Positions 1 to 24,107 are shown, numbered from the stretch's first letter. The stretch: 64,000 bases of DNA from the human T2T-CHM13v2.0 reference genome, Homo sapiens (GCF_009914755.1 NC_060931.1), one strand, 5' to 3'. Numbers and translations: made by a program. Notes: generated by a model not told the origin, from the letters alone.

Positions 1-73
1 CCATTCTGTTTGCCCAGTTTACATTGCGGGTCTCCAAGAAGTGGAATGTTCACCAATGATTTTAAGAAAACAG

Positions 74-1655
<1,582 letters not shown>

Positions 1656-2549
1656 TCACCAGTTAGAGATGCTCCTTTAGTTATCTGAGGCTGCTGAGTG
1701 GGGTAATCCTAGACCTGGATGCTAGTTTGAAGAAAGCAAGTCTCAGTGCTGGAAGGGGTCATTCAAGGTCATCCATGAGCTTCTGCTGAGCCAGGTGCTA
1801 TAGGTGGGCTAGGTGGGACAGGAGACAGGTCAGCATCCAGGGTCCTTGAAGGGACCATGTCCTTAAGAAGAGGTAGGATGCCTCCAATGCAGTGGTCCAC
1901 TGCACGGTGTGGCTGAGACTGCTACAGAGGACACATGGGAAGACCTGCCAGGGTTGGGGGTGGGGGAGGAGCAAGGGCGTCATCCTGGAAGTCACCCCCA
2001 AATAGGGCCAAGAAAGATCAGAGAGACAGCAAAGCTCTAATACCACCCTCTGCAAACCCCACCTATGGCGACCTCTCACCTCCTGTCTCCTATTCTCAAA
2101 CTGGCCTATGCCTAAGGGCCAACCCAGAGACACTTCCACACTGGTCCCTGTCACACGAGACACGCTGGAAGATGGGAATGGCCAACCTCCAGACACACAC
2201 ACATCCAGGCTCCTATCCCCAGAGTGCGTGTTCTCATCCTACTGCATCTCGGAGGCTGGCAGGGTGAATCCCCCAGCAGGTCAGGTAGGTCTGAGGTGTC
2301 TCAGCCTGAACTCATGACTCCAAACCACCTTCACGCCTTCGTCCCAACCCAGAAGGAAGAGATCCAGGGAGGAGGGCACACATCGGGCTGCAGGCCAACA
2401 CACTGACCCTGAGCCTGGCCTCCCCAGCATCAGGCTGAGGAACAGGAGGGTTGAGATGAGCCCCATTAGGTATGTGTGAAGTCTCTGGGACATGGGATGA
2501 TGCCAGCTGCTGGGATGCAGAAAAGTTGGAGGCAGGGGACAGAGTCTCA

Positions 2550-2922
<373 letters not shown>

Positions 2923-3526
2923 CTACTCCGGAGGCTGAGGCATGAGAATCACTTGAACCTGGGAGGCAGAGGTTACAGTGAGCCGCCAGCAACTGTATCT
3001 CAAATAAATAAATAAATAAATAAGAATTTGTCTGGAATCTGGGTGAGGCAGAGGAAAATGAAAGAAACCAGAAAAGCAAAGATAAACAGATTTGCAGGGT
3101 GGGGTGGAGGATGGAGAATTCAATGGAGCTGAGCACAGCAAGGAGGAGAATGTTGGGCTGAAGGCCTGAGCTTGCTGGGGAGATGTCCTTGATGTCCACA
3201 CTGGGCATAGAAGGTTGATTGATGCCAGTGGTTAGGGTCCCAAAGAGCCCAGGGACAGCTGGAGGTAGAAAGAAAGGGTGTGGAGGCACGGAAGATGGGC
3301 CCATAACCCAGGAAAAGGGAGCCACAGATAGGGGAAATGTATGCAGAAATCGCCACCCTCACTCTGGGAGGCAGGTCCCGACAGATCCCCTTAGCAGGGG
3401 ACCAATGCCCAGGACCTTGGGGAGATGGTTGGGGACGGGGGAAGCAGCAGATGGTCTGTTACTCAATGAGCACACAGGAGATGTTGGGGGGTCTTGGGGT
3501 GGAGAGTGATTCCATGGAAGCCTCTG

Positions 3527-3628
3527 GATTGGACAAGGAGATGTTGGTGTGAGGTTTTTCCACAGTCCAAGAGAGGCGATTGGACAAGGAGATGTTGGTG
3601 TGAGGTTTTTCCACAGTCCAAGAGAGGC
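3527..3628. repeat. Perfect 51-bp tandem duplication
   Basis: GATTGGACAAGGAGATGTTGGTGTGAGGTTTTTCCACAGTCCAAGAGAGGC at 3527-3577 and 3578-3628. Confidence 0.95.
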
Positions 3629-3911
3629 TGGTAGAAGAAAAGCAGGTTCTGCTATCAGGCCGGGTGCAGTGGCTCACACCTGTAATCTCAGCCCTTTGGG
3701 AGGCCCAGGTGGGAGCATCACATGAGGACAGGCATTCGAGAGCAGCCTGGGCAAGATGGTGAAACCCTGTCTCTACAATAAAAACACAAAAAAATTAGCC
3801 GGGTGTGGTGGTGTGCACCTGTAGTCCCAGCTACTCAGGAGGCTGAGACCGGAGGATCACTTGAGCCCAGGAGTTCAAGACCAGCCTGGGCTGGTCAAGA
3901 CCCCATTTCTA

Positions 3912-4217
<306 letters not shown>

Positions 4218-6867
4218 TTATCTGGGTGTGATGGTGCACACTTATAGTCCCAGCTACTCAGGAGGCTGAGGTGGGAGGATCACTTGAGCCCAGGTCAAGG
4301 CTACAGTGAGTTATGATCACACCACGGCACTCCAGCCCGGGCAAAAAGCGAGACTGTCTCTAAACAAATAAATAAATAAAAAGCCATTTTTTTCACATAT
4401 GAATGGACTCCTGGGAATGCAAGCTTGGAAATGGGGAGGCCGAAGCCCTTGCCTCTCTGCCTCCTCGCAGCCCTGGCCCGTCTCTCGTCTGTCTCCCTGG
4501 GTTTCAGTCCCAGCTCCAGTGCCTACTGACCATGTGACCTGGGGATCATTCCCTTTCCTCTGAGAGCCCCCCTCTTCCTCATCTGAACACTGAGGAAATG
4601 ACTGGCCTCATATGGTTGCCAGAGCTCAGTTGGGGCCCTCAGAAGGTCGAGTCATTGTTTTTCAGGAGCTGATGAGATCATGGCACGTGTGCCATTGACC
4701 TCTGTCCTTCCTCCCTCCCCACCTTTGACTCAGCCTGTCCTCTCCTCCTCTGGACGACCTCTGGGACATCCTGCCCTTTTCCCGTGTTCATTGTTTCTGC
4801 AGCAGATGAGCAGGATGTCGGGGATGCTGGGAAATGAAAGGCCCCTGGTCTCTCTGCCGGTAGGCTCCGAGGCAGGGGGTTCAGACCCTCTCGCCTCGGG
4901 CTCCTGCTGGCTGGCCCCACACGTGCCCCCTCCAGCCCCAGCCCTGCTCAGTGGAGAAAACAGATAAGGCAGGAAATGTGGCCCCAGTTCTAGGAAGCTC
5001 AGAGTCCCAGGAGGCAGAAGACATGCCTCTCACCCGCTCACTGACACCTGCTATTTGCTGGGGCCTGGGAGTGGCATGGACAGCTCTGAGTGGGGCCAGC
5101 TTTCACCCTCCCAGGGTGCAGCATGAACTCTAACATCCAGGCCAGGCCAGGCTCCAGGAAAGAGGATGCAAAACTTCATGCAGCCTGTGCAGATTAAACA
5201 CCAGCCCCAGCTCTGTGAAGGGTAGGTCAGCTCAGCCTGGAGGATGGGAAGGCTTCCTGGAGGAAGAAGCCCTTGAAGGAAGTAGGTGGAACAGAAACTT
5301 GCTGTTCTCCTCTCTGGGAGTCTGAGACTGCCCTTTCTTTTTTTTTGAGACAGAGTCTCACTGTGTCTCCCAGGCTAGAGTGCTGGAGTGCAGTGGCACA
5401 ATCTCAGCTCACTGCAACCTCTGCTTCCCAGTTCAAGTGATTCTTCTGCCCCAGTCTCCCAAGTAGCTGGGACTATATAGGTGTACGCCACCACACCTAG
5501 TTAATTTATGTATTTTTATTAGAGACAGGGTTTCGCCAAGTTGGCCAGGCTGGTCTTGAACTCCTGACCTCAGGTGATCCGCCTGCCTCAGCCTCCCAAA
5601 ATCCTGGGATTACAGGTGTGAGCCACCATGCCCAGACTGCCTGCCCCTTTCTGTCTCTGTCTCAGGCCAGTTCAGGTCTGAGCAGGGCAGTTTTGCTCAG
5701 CTTCACTGACCAGGTGAGTGTTGCTCACGATGCCCTCCAGACCCTTTGCCTTCCTCTAGATTTTTTTTTTTTCAAGTTTTATTTTTTTCTTGGAGACAGG
5801 GTCTCGCTCTGTCACCCAGGCTGGAGTGCAGTGGCACGATCATGGCTCACTGCAGCCTTGACCTCTGGGGATTAAGCGATCCTCCCACCTCAGCCTCCTG
5901 AGTAGCTTGGGACTACAGGCACATGCCACCACACCCAGGTAATTTTTTTTTTTTTTTTTTTTTTTTTGTAGAGGCAGGGTCTTGCCATGTTACCCGGGCT
6001 GGTCTCAAACTCCTGGGCTCAAGCAATCCTCTGACCTGGCCTTCCAAAATGCTGGGATTGCAGGCTGGGCCTGCCTTCCTCTAGAGGGCAATGGGTACCA
6101 TAGCTCACACCTGTAATCCCAGCACTTAAGAGAGCCCAAGGAAGAAGGATCACTTGAGGCCAGGAGTTTGAAACCAGCCTGGGCAACATAGAGAGACTCT
6201 GTCTCTACAAAAATAAATAAATTAAATTAAATTTTAAAAAAGAGACTTAACCTCCCTGATGGGGCCCCACCAGCCTGGGTCATGACTCACCTCTGCTTCC
6301 CAGCAACCTCCTTCCTGATCCCCAAATCAGAATTCAGGAGGTCTAGGATGTAGTATGTGGCAATCTGTACAATTTCAGCAGTCACAGGAAACAAACACAG
6401 CTGAACCTCCCTGAGGGTCTTCCCCGAAACCTTCACCTTGGCAGTATCCCCATCTCTGGGGGGCTGGAATCAGAGGGTCTGGGGACCCACGAGGGAAGGA
6501 TTTGGTCATGAAGGACTATCTTCCCCTGAGAGAGCCTCTACAGGCCCAGAGAGTTGCCAAGGGAAACAAGGGCAGAGGCAGGAGGAGAGAGGTCAGGTGG
6601 TGTGAGACAGGTGGAGAGTCAGAAGCCCTGGTATGGGAGCGGGGTCCATCTGTGTGGGGAACTAGATGGGGTACCATGGTTAGGGGAGGTCTTGTTGTGT
6701 GAAGGAGCTGGTGGGGAGGGACTATGTCCAGCAAGGCCCATTCAGTGGCCTCAGACCTCATAAGCTCCGGGGGTGGCCACACAGTTGGTCAGCCATCATG
6801 ATCCGCAAGTGTCGAGTTGCCATGGCAGCCAGGAAGCATGCATGCTCAAGAAGCTGAGGCTGGGATG

Positions 6868-8927
<2,060 letters not shown>

Positions 8928-9509
8928 TTAAAATTAAATAAAATATAGCCTAGGCTCAAAGCAGAGCCCTGAGAATCAGGGCCCAGTCCCTTCCCCACAA
9001 GTTACTACCACAGACACACCTTGCCAGTCCTTCAACCTGAGAAAAACCTCGAAATGCCCCACACTTTTTCTACTGGCCCCCAGGCTGAGGAAAGGCCAGG
9101 GCACAGGGAGTGTTTTGTAGAGATGAGGTCTGGCTATGTAGCCCAGGCTGGCTTCAAACTCCTGGGCTCAAGCGATCCTGCCACCTTGGACTCCCAAAGT
9201 GCTAGGATTACAGGTTTATTCCAAAAGTGCTAGGATTTCAGGTTATCCTGAAAACAAAGGGACGACAAGGGGTGGAGGCTGGGTTAGTTCTGGGCTAGAG
9301 GGATAGAGTGGCTGCAGGTGGAACCCGGGGGGCCGGGCAGGATGCGAACTTGGTGGGGAAGGAGGGTTTCCACACCAGTGTGTCCTGGCCAAGAATCGGA
9401 TGAGGCAGGATTTGTTTTGTTGAATTTTGTTTTGCTTTTGAGACAAGGTCTTGCTCTGTTAACCAGGCTGGAGTGCAGTGATGCAATCACAGCTCACTGC
9501 AGCCTCTAA

Positions 9510-10308
<799 letters not shown>

Positions 10309-10439
10309 TCAAGCAGTTCTCCCTACCTTGGCCTCCCGAAATGTCAGGATTACAGACATGAGCCATCATGCGCAGTGGAGAAGCTGTTTTCACTAGAAAC
10401 TAACCGTCCCGTGGAAGCAGTGTCACCAGTGCCCATTTT

Positions 10440-10980
10440 ATGCTCTGGAGACCCTTTAGTGTTTAAGAATCCATCCGCTAATGTCGGCTCCCCCATCGGC
10501 TAATGTCGTAGGGGTGCTGGGAGGAGCGGCAGAGCCCGCGGTCAGGGTCTCCGGGGGCTCACATAGGGAGGTCTCTCTGTTCCCGGCTATGGCCTAGAGC
10601 CCCTCTAGCAGTTCCTCCACCACCCCCATTAGGCCGTAGGGGCTTCCCCAGCCAGAGGCCAAGGGCGACGCGACCTTAACGCCGGTCCGCGCACCGCGGC
10701 GCCACCTGGAGGTCAGGACCAAGACGAGACAGGCTGTTCAAGTCCCCCAGCTTCGCCGCGGCCGCCACGCCCGACCACCCGGCCCCCGCTGGCGTCCCTA
10801 GCTGGCCCCCTACAGGTCTTACCCGCGCTTGTTGCCCCCAGACCCAGGCTTCTCCCCACCTGCACCCACCAGACTGGGAAGGTGGCCAGACTAGACCGAG
10901 GGCTGAGGCGGGAGAGACTCCGCCCCCGAGGCCCCGCCCCCTTCTGACAGCAGACGAGGCTGACGTCACTGGATTGGGCA
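10440..10980. promoter_or_regulatory. Orphan CpG-rich element with GC boxes, a perfect CRE and a CCAAT box
   Basis: CCCCGCCCC 10932-10940, TGACGTCA 10961-10968, ATTGG 10973-10977; CpG-dense 10660-10830. Confidence 0.6.
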
Positions 10981-11134
10981 GGTGTCCAGGTGTCCTCTCT
11001 CCAGCTGCATCTCCCCTCCTCCACCCAAGGGGAGTCCTCAGTCCCCCAGGCCAGAGTCTCCAATACCCCAAGGTGCCTTCTGTGATCTCCCCGCAGTGCA
11101 GCCTCCGGGGCACCCCCCACCCCAATAAAACTCA

Positions 11135-14919
<3,785 letters not shown>

Positions 14920-15539
14920 CTAGACAGGGCTCCAGATCTGGGGAAGGAGAGAGTGATGGGATGTGCCTTGGTTGCTGGCTGAACCCACCTTCCTTAATTT
15001 CCCTTCCACTCCCAAGAGCTGAAGAAGCCAAAGACAAACGAGAGCAGTATTCCTTTCCACAAGCCCACAGCGTCAAGCCTGGATGAGCTCCTGGGCCTGT
15101 AGCTACTTGCAAGGCTATTTTACCAGTGACCCTCAGAGGCCCAGCTTCGTCCTACTCTCCCCTCCCCTCCTCTCACTGAAACCTCAGGTCCCCAGCGATG
15201 AGGAGCTCATCTCTAAAGACTCGGAGGGGCTGATCCCGGATGTTAGACAGCTAGGTACTACTCCAAACCTCAGGACCCATTAAATCTCAGGGCTTCCTGG
15301 GACTCAGATCCTGCACCAACACCATTCACCCCCAGAAGGGTTCCTGGCAGATAATAGAGACGTGATGAATAATTGGTGATTGAAAACTCCAGACATGAGC
15401 TGCTCTTTATTAGTCTGTTTTGAGGCCCCGCCTGAAAACCTGAAAGCAGGCTTTGACTTTAGGCTTCACTCAGGACTGATTCCCAGTGAAGTCACTTAAC
15501 TCATGTGTGAACACCTGCTGTGTAACATGTGCAGAATGA

Positions 15540-15915
<376 letters not shown>

Positions 15916-16713
15916 TGAAACAACCCTGCTTTTTCCTGGAGAGCCACCTCTGCACCTTCATGTGGCTTGGCTACTCCGAGAGGGGACCTGAGGCTGCTGG
16001 GTCTCCCTTCTTGTTGTCTCCGTTGCCCTCCAACCTCCTTCCAAATTGCCACAGCCTCCCTCTAGGTCCTTATTCCCACGGTGCCAGGCCAAATCCCTCA
16101 CCCAGCTCCTAGGCTGCAGCCTTCACCCGGCCCTGCCGTGAGCATGGTCCCTGTAGAGCCCCCTGGAGGTGTAGTTTCAGCTCTTGGTGAGGCGCGGGCA
16201 GCAGGCAGCGGGGCTGGAGTTCCTTCACAGCACGTGGATGCATCTCCCACAGCCCCCATGTGCGTCTGCAGACGCACAACTCTCCACAGCCAAGCCCATG
16301 GCAAAGCCCTTCAGCACCAGAGAGGCAGGGTAGTGGGCTACCCCTGGGAGCTGGCAGTTTCCAGCAAGGCCTCCTTTGCTGAGCCTTGGACAAGTCCCGT
16401 AATCCACCCTAAATACCTTTCTTGTAGGATCGCTAAGGACAGCAGCTGACGGGACTGGGTCCTTGGTGAATGGCAGCTGTTACCGTCCTTATAAGGAAAG
16501 GTGGAGTTACAAACAGGCATTTTGGCCCCAAGAAGGGGGTGGGACCCAGAGCAGAAACGTGCTGACCATGCTTCCCCCCAAATAGACCCACAGGTGACCC
16601 CTACTGGGATTTAGGCCCTCACCTTAGGGGTCTCTCCCTGACCCACCCAAACTCCTCTCATCCCCTCCCGCCGTCCACAAACACACTCCATACTGACTCA
16701 GAACTATCTGATA

Positions 16714-16719
16714 TTTATT
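16714..16719 (-). terminator. SPACDR: SPACDR polyadenylation signal AATAAA
   Basis: tttatt on the + strand, about 110 nt past the stop codon. Confidence 0.8.
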
Positions 16720-16829
16720 TCCCAATATTTTGATACTTGTTTTACAACTGGAATACATGGAATGAAGGGGCTGATATGGGACCCCAGGTAAGAGTGAGGT
16801 CAGGACTCTCTAAGGGTCTGGGGTTCCCC

Positions 16830-17063
16830 CTAGAGGGGACTTTGGGCATCCAGTTTCAGGGACTGAGCCGGGTTGGGTCGGGGGGCAGCATGGCATCGGA
16901 CGTGGTGCCGTCTGTGCCTCTCCTGCCTGCGGTACAGCCGGCGCAGGTGTTTCCGAACGGCCCACAGCACCAGGTACACCTCCCACAGCAACTCAGCCTC
17001 CGGAGTCTTCAAAGGTGACTGCGTCCTCACTTGGGAGCTGACTGAGGCAGAACTCACTGATGA
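16830..17063 (-). CDS. SPACDR: SPACDR/C7orf61 last coding exon (SSVSSASV...LKLDAQSPL*)
   Basis: Acceptor tctcttacag|TCA; 77 codons plus TAG; 21+108+77 = 206 aa; His/Arg-rich basic C-terminus. Confidence 0.9.
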   Translation of the reverse strand, partial: SSVSSASVSSQVRTQSPLKTPEAELLWEVYLVLWAVRKHLRRLYRRQERHRRHHVRCHAAPRPNPAQSLKLDAQSPL

Positions 17064-17138
17064 CTGTAAGAGAAAGAGAAGATGTGCATGCGTAAATAGC
17101 TGGGTCTAGGGAGAAACTGCCGCTAGAACGACCCATAG

Positions 17139-17633
<495 letters not shown>

Positions 17634-17636
17634 TGA

Positions 17637-17822
<186 letters not shown>

Positions 17823-17869
17823 TGAGTAGCTGGGACTACAGTCGTGCACCACCATGCCCGGCTAACTTT

Positions 17870-17947
<78 letters not shown>
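17870..17947. repeat. (TA)n(TG)~26(TA)n microsatellite in an Alu linker
   Basis: Read directly. Confidence 0.95.
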
Positions 17948-17948
<1 letters not shown>

Positions 17949-18282
17949 TTTTTTTTTTTTGTAGAAATGGGGTTTTGCCCAGGCTGGTCTTGAACTCCTG
18001 AGCTCAAGTGATCCACCTGCCTCAGCCTCCCAAATGCTGAGATTACAGGCGTGAGTCGCCACGCTCGGCTTAAACTGTTTTTTTGTTTTGTTTTGTTTTG
18101 AGATCATTGTAGACTGACTGACCTGCAATTGGAAGAAATCATAGAGATCCTGTGCACCCTTTACTGAGTTCACCTCATAGGAAAATCTTGCAAATCTATA
18201 CTATTATATCATAGTCAGGATATTGACATTGATCCAATCTACTGATCTTATGTAGATTTCCCCAGTTGTACTTGTACTCACT

Positions 18283-18283
<1 letters not shown>

Positions 18284-18321
<38 letters not shown>
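18284..18321. repeat. (TG)n microsatellite
   Basis: Read directly. Confidence 0.95.
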
Positions 18322-18324
<3 letters not shown>

Positions 18325-18643
18325 ATTTTACCAAGTTTTATCCAGTATGCAGGTTCATGTATCCAACTACCACAGTCAAGGTACAGAACATTTCCATCGG
18401 GCAGGAGAAACAAAAAACAAAAACATAAAAACAAAACAAAACAGAAAGCTACAGAACATTTCCATCAGACAGGAGAAAGCAAAAAACAAAAACAAAACAA
18501 AAAAAGATACAGAACATTTGCATCATCACAAGTGTCCCTCATGTTGTCCTTTAATAACTACACTCTTCTCCCCCTATCTGTGTGGCCCCTGGAAACCACT
18601 GAGCCACTAATATGTTTGCCATTTCTAGACTTTTGTTATTTCA

Positions 18644-18859
<216 letters not shown>

Positions 18860-18998
18860 TTAGCTGGGTGTGGTGGTGGGCACCTGTGGTCCCATCTAAT
18901 CGGGAGGCTGAGGCAGGAGAATAGCTTGAAGCTGGGAGGCGGAGGTTGCAGTGAGCCGAGGTCGCACCACTTCATTCCAGCCTGGGCAATGAGAGTGA

Positions 18999-19867
<869 letters not shown>

Positions 19868-19960
19868 TAGTATTCTGGGGTTTGAAGGTATCACAGTTTA
19901 ACCATTCACCCACTGAAGGACATGGGTTGATTTTGGCTATTACAAATCAAGCTGCTGTGA

Positions 19961-20176
<216 letters not shown>

Positions 20177-21106
20177 TAGCCAGGATGGTCTTGATCTCCT
20201 GACCTTGTGATCCACCTGCCTCGGCCTCCCAAAGTGTTAGGATTACAGGCGTGAGCCACTGCGCCTGGCCTCACATTTAGATTTTTGTGTGAACATAAGA
20301 TTTTATTTATCTGGGATAAATGCCCAAGAGTACAACTGTTGGGTCATATGATAACTGCGTGGTTAGTTTTATAAGAAATAACCACTCTTGGCCAGGCGCT
20401 GTGGCTCACGCCTGTAATCCCAGTACTTTGGGAGTCTGAGGTGGGAGGATCGCCTGAAGTCAAGAGTTCGAGACTAGCATGGTCCAATATGGTGAAACTC
20501 TGTCTCTACTAAAAATACAAAAGTTAGTCAGACATGGTGGTGAGTGCCTGTAATCCCAGCTACTTGGGAGGCTGAGGCAGGATAATTGCTTGAACCTGGC
20601 AGGCAGAGGTTGCAGTGAACAAGATCATGCCACTGCACTCCAGCCTATGTGAGAGAGTGAGACTCCATCATAAAAAAAAAAAGAGAGAGAGAGAGAGAAA
20701 TGACCATCCTGTTTTCCAGAGTTGCTGTGCTATCTATTTTCCTTTTTTTTTTTTGAGAGTGTCTCACTGCCACCCAGGTTGGAGTGCAGTGGCACAAATA
20801 TAGCTCACTGTGGCCTTGACCTCCCAGTGGTCCTCTCACCTTAGCCTCCCAAGTAGCTGGGACTACAGGCATGCATCATGCCTGGCTAATTTTTTTACTT
20901 TTGTAGAGATGGGGTCTCCCTGTGTTGCCCAGGCTGGGCTGAACAAGCTTACAATCCTACCCAAATATGAGTGCAGGTGAGCTTTCAAAATCAACATTTG
21001 ATCATGTCACTCCTCTGCTCAAATGTCTTCAAGGGCTCCCATTGCTCTAAGGGTCCAATCCAAAGCTCACAACTTGGCAACCCTGCCTTCTACCAGCTGA
21101 CTTTAG

Positions 21107-21388
<282 letters not shown>

Positions 21389-21507
21389 TAACTTCAGGTG
21401 ATCCACCTGCCTCAGTGGCACGATCTCGGCTCACTGCAGCCTCCGCTTCCCAGACTCCAGCAGACTTCCCACTTCAGCCTCCCGAATAGCTGGGACTACA
21501 GCTGTGA

Positions 21508-21714
<207 letters not shown>

Positions 21715-22254
21715 TAACAACCCTTTCAAGCCAAGCTAACACCTTCAGGCCTCAGCTTTACCCTCACTTCTGTTAAGAAGGCCTTGCCTGGCCGGGCGCA
21801 GTGGCTCACACCTGTAATCCCAGCACTTTGGGAGGCCGAGGCGGACAGATCACGAGGTCAGGAGATCAAGACCATCCTGGTTAACACAGTGAAACCCTGC
21901 CTCTACTAAAAATACAAAAAAAAATTTAGCTGGGCGTGGTGGCGGGTGCCTGTAGTCCGAGCTACTCAGGAGGCTGAGGCAGGAGAACGGTGTGAACCCA
22001 GGAGGCGGAGCTTGCAGCGAACCGAGATCCCGCCACTGCACTCCAACCTGGGCGACAGACTCCGTCTCAAAAAAAAAAAAAAAAAAAGGCCTCACCTGAC
22101 TCCTTAGGTTTGGATAACATGCCTCTCTCCTGGGGTCCTACAGCCCGCTTGACAACGTCACACTCAACAATGTGTGGATACTGAACTAGCAATGCCTATT
22201 GTCTCATCTGTAGCCCTGCAAGTCTGCAAGTCTTGTTCATTGTTGTATCTTTAG

Positions 22255-22419
<165 letters not shown>

Positions 22420-22751
22420 TGAGTAGCTGGGACTACAGCCACCTGCCACCTTGCCTGGCTAATTTTTTGTATTTTTAGTAGAGACGGGGTTTCACCATGT
22501 TAGCCAGTATGGTCTCAATCTCCTGACCTCGTGATCAGCCTGCCTCGGCCTCCCAAAGTGCTGGGATTACAGGCGTAAGCCACCGTGCCCGGCCAGAAAT
22601 ATATATATATTTTTAAGAGACAGAGTCTCGCTCTATTGCCCAGGCTGGAGTGCAGTGGCACAATCATAGCTCATTACAGCCTTGAACTCCTGGGCTCATG
22701 TGTTCCTCCTGCCTCAGCCTCCCAAGTAGCTGGAAATACAGGCACCACTAA

Positions 22752-23235
<484 letters not shown>

Positions 23236-23239
23236 TTAA

Positions 23240-23368
<129 letters not shown>

Positions 23369-23444
23369 TGAACAAGTAATCAGAGGGAGGGGTGAGTCAC
23401 TGGGGGCTGGGGAAAGAGGGAGGGGGTGTTAGGATGGTGCTGAC

Positions 23445-23768
23445 CTTCCAGCTGCACATCTGCCAGCCGCTCTGCAGGGCAGAGACCATGAGCGTGGAGA
23501 CAGACTTGACGGCCGTCCTCGGCAGCTGCAGTAGGGATTGGCCCTGTTGGCCCAGCTCCACCTCGGTCTCCTCTGTAGTCTTGGCCAACACGCAGGGATC
23601 TGCCAGCTCGGGGGACTCACCCAACTTGGGCTTAGCCTCTTTTGGGAGCTCGACCAACCTCAAAGTCTCAACCACCTGGAGAGTCTTCTCCATCTTCTTC
23701 AATGAGTGTTTCTTGGAGTCAGGGTGTCCTGAGATGGTTGGTTTAATTTTTTGCCTCCAGAAGAAAAC
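23445..23768 (-). CDS. SPACDR: SPACDR/C7orf61 exon 2 (VFFWRQKIKP...WQMCSWK)
   Basis: Pyrimidine-rich acceptor ...ggttctcag|GTT; donor AAG|GTCAGC; 324 nt, phase 0-0; lies within ORF 23397..24017. Confidence 0.9.
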
Positions 23769-24044
23769 CTGAGAACCAAGACACAGAGAGGAGAGACAGG
23801 AGAGAGGGGCAGGGCAGAGACAACACCATCCACAGAAAAGAAGGCACAAAAGGGATGGAGCAGTGAGTTTCCTGGCCTCTCTTCCTTCTCCTCCAGCCCC
23901 TCCCCAGCTGTCCTTTCCTTCCTCCCCACTCCATCTTGTTTGGCCACAGGCCAGGAAGGGAGGGAACCCACGCAGTAAGGGGCTGCTGCGACCCATGCCC
24001 TCATCCCAGCGCATCATGAGGACAGAGTGGTCTCAGAAACTCAC

Positions 24045-24107
24045 CCAGGAAATAATCCTTTGCCAAGCCCGTCTAACCCATCGGAAGAACTTCATGACCA
24101 CAACCAT
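24045..24107 (-). CDS. SPACDR: SPACDR/C7orf61 coding exon 1 (MVVVMKFFRWVRRAWQRIISW)
   Basis: ATG at 24107-24105; 63 nt; donor TGG|GTGAGT; phase 0; peptide recognised as the C7orf61 N-terminus. Confidence 0.88.

Noticed and set aside
3527-3628. CRISPR-like repeat
   Set aside because: Eukaryotic DNA with two adjacent copies and no spacer; a simple tandem duplication
16310-16328. RE1-like TTCAGCACC (also near 27195)
   Set aside because: Left half-site only, with no GGACAG right half
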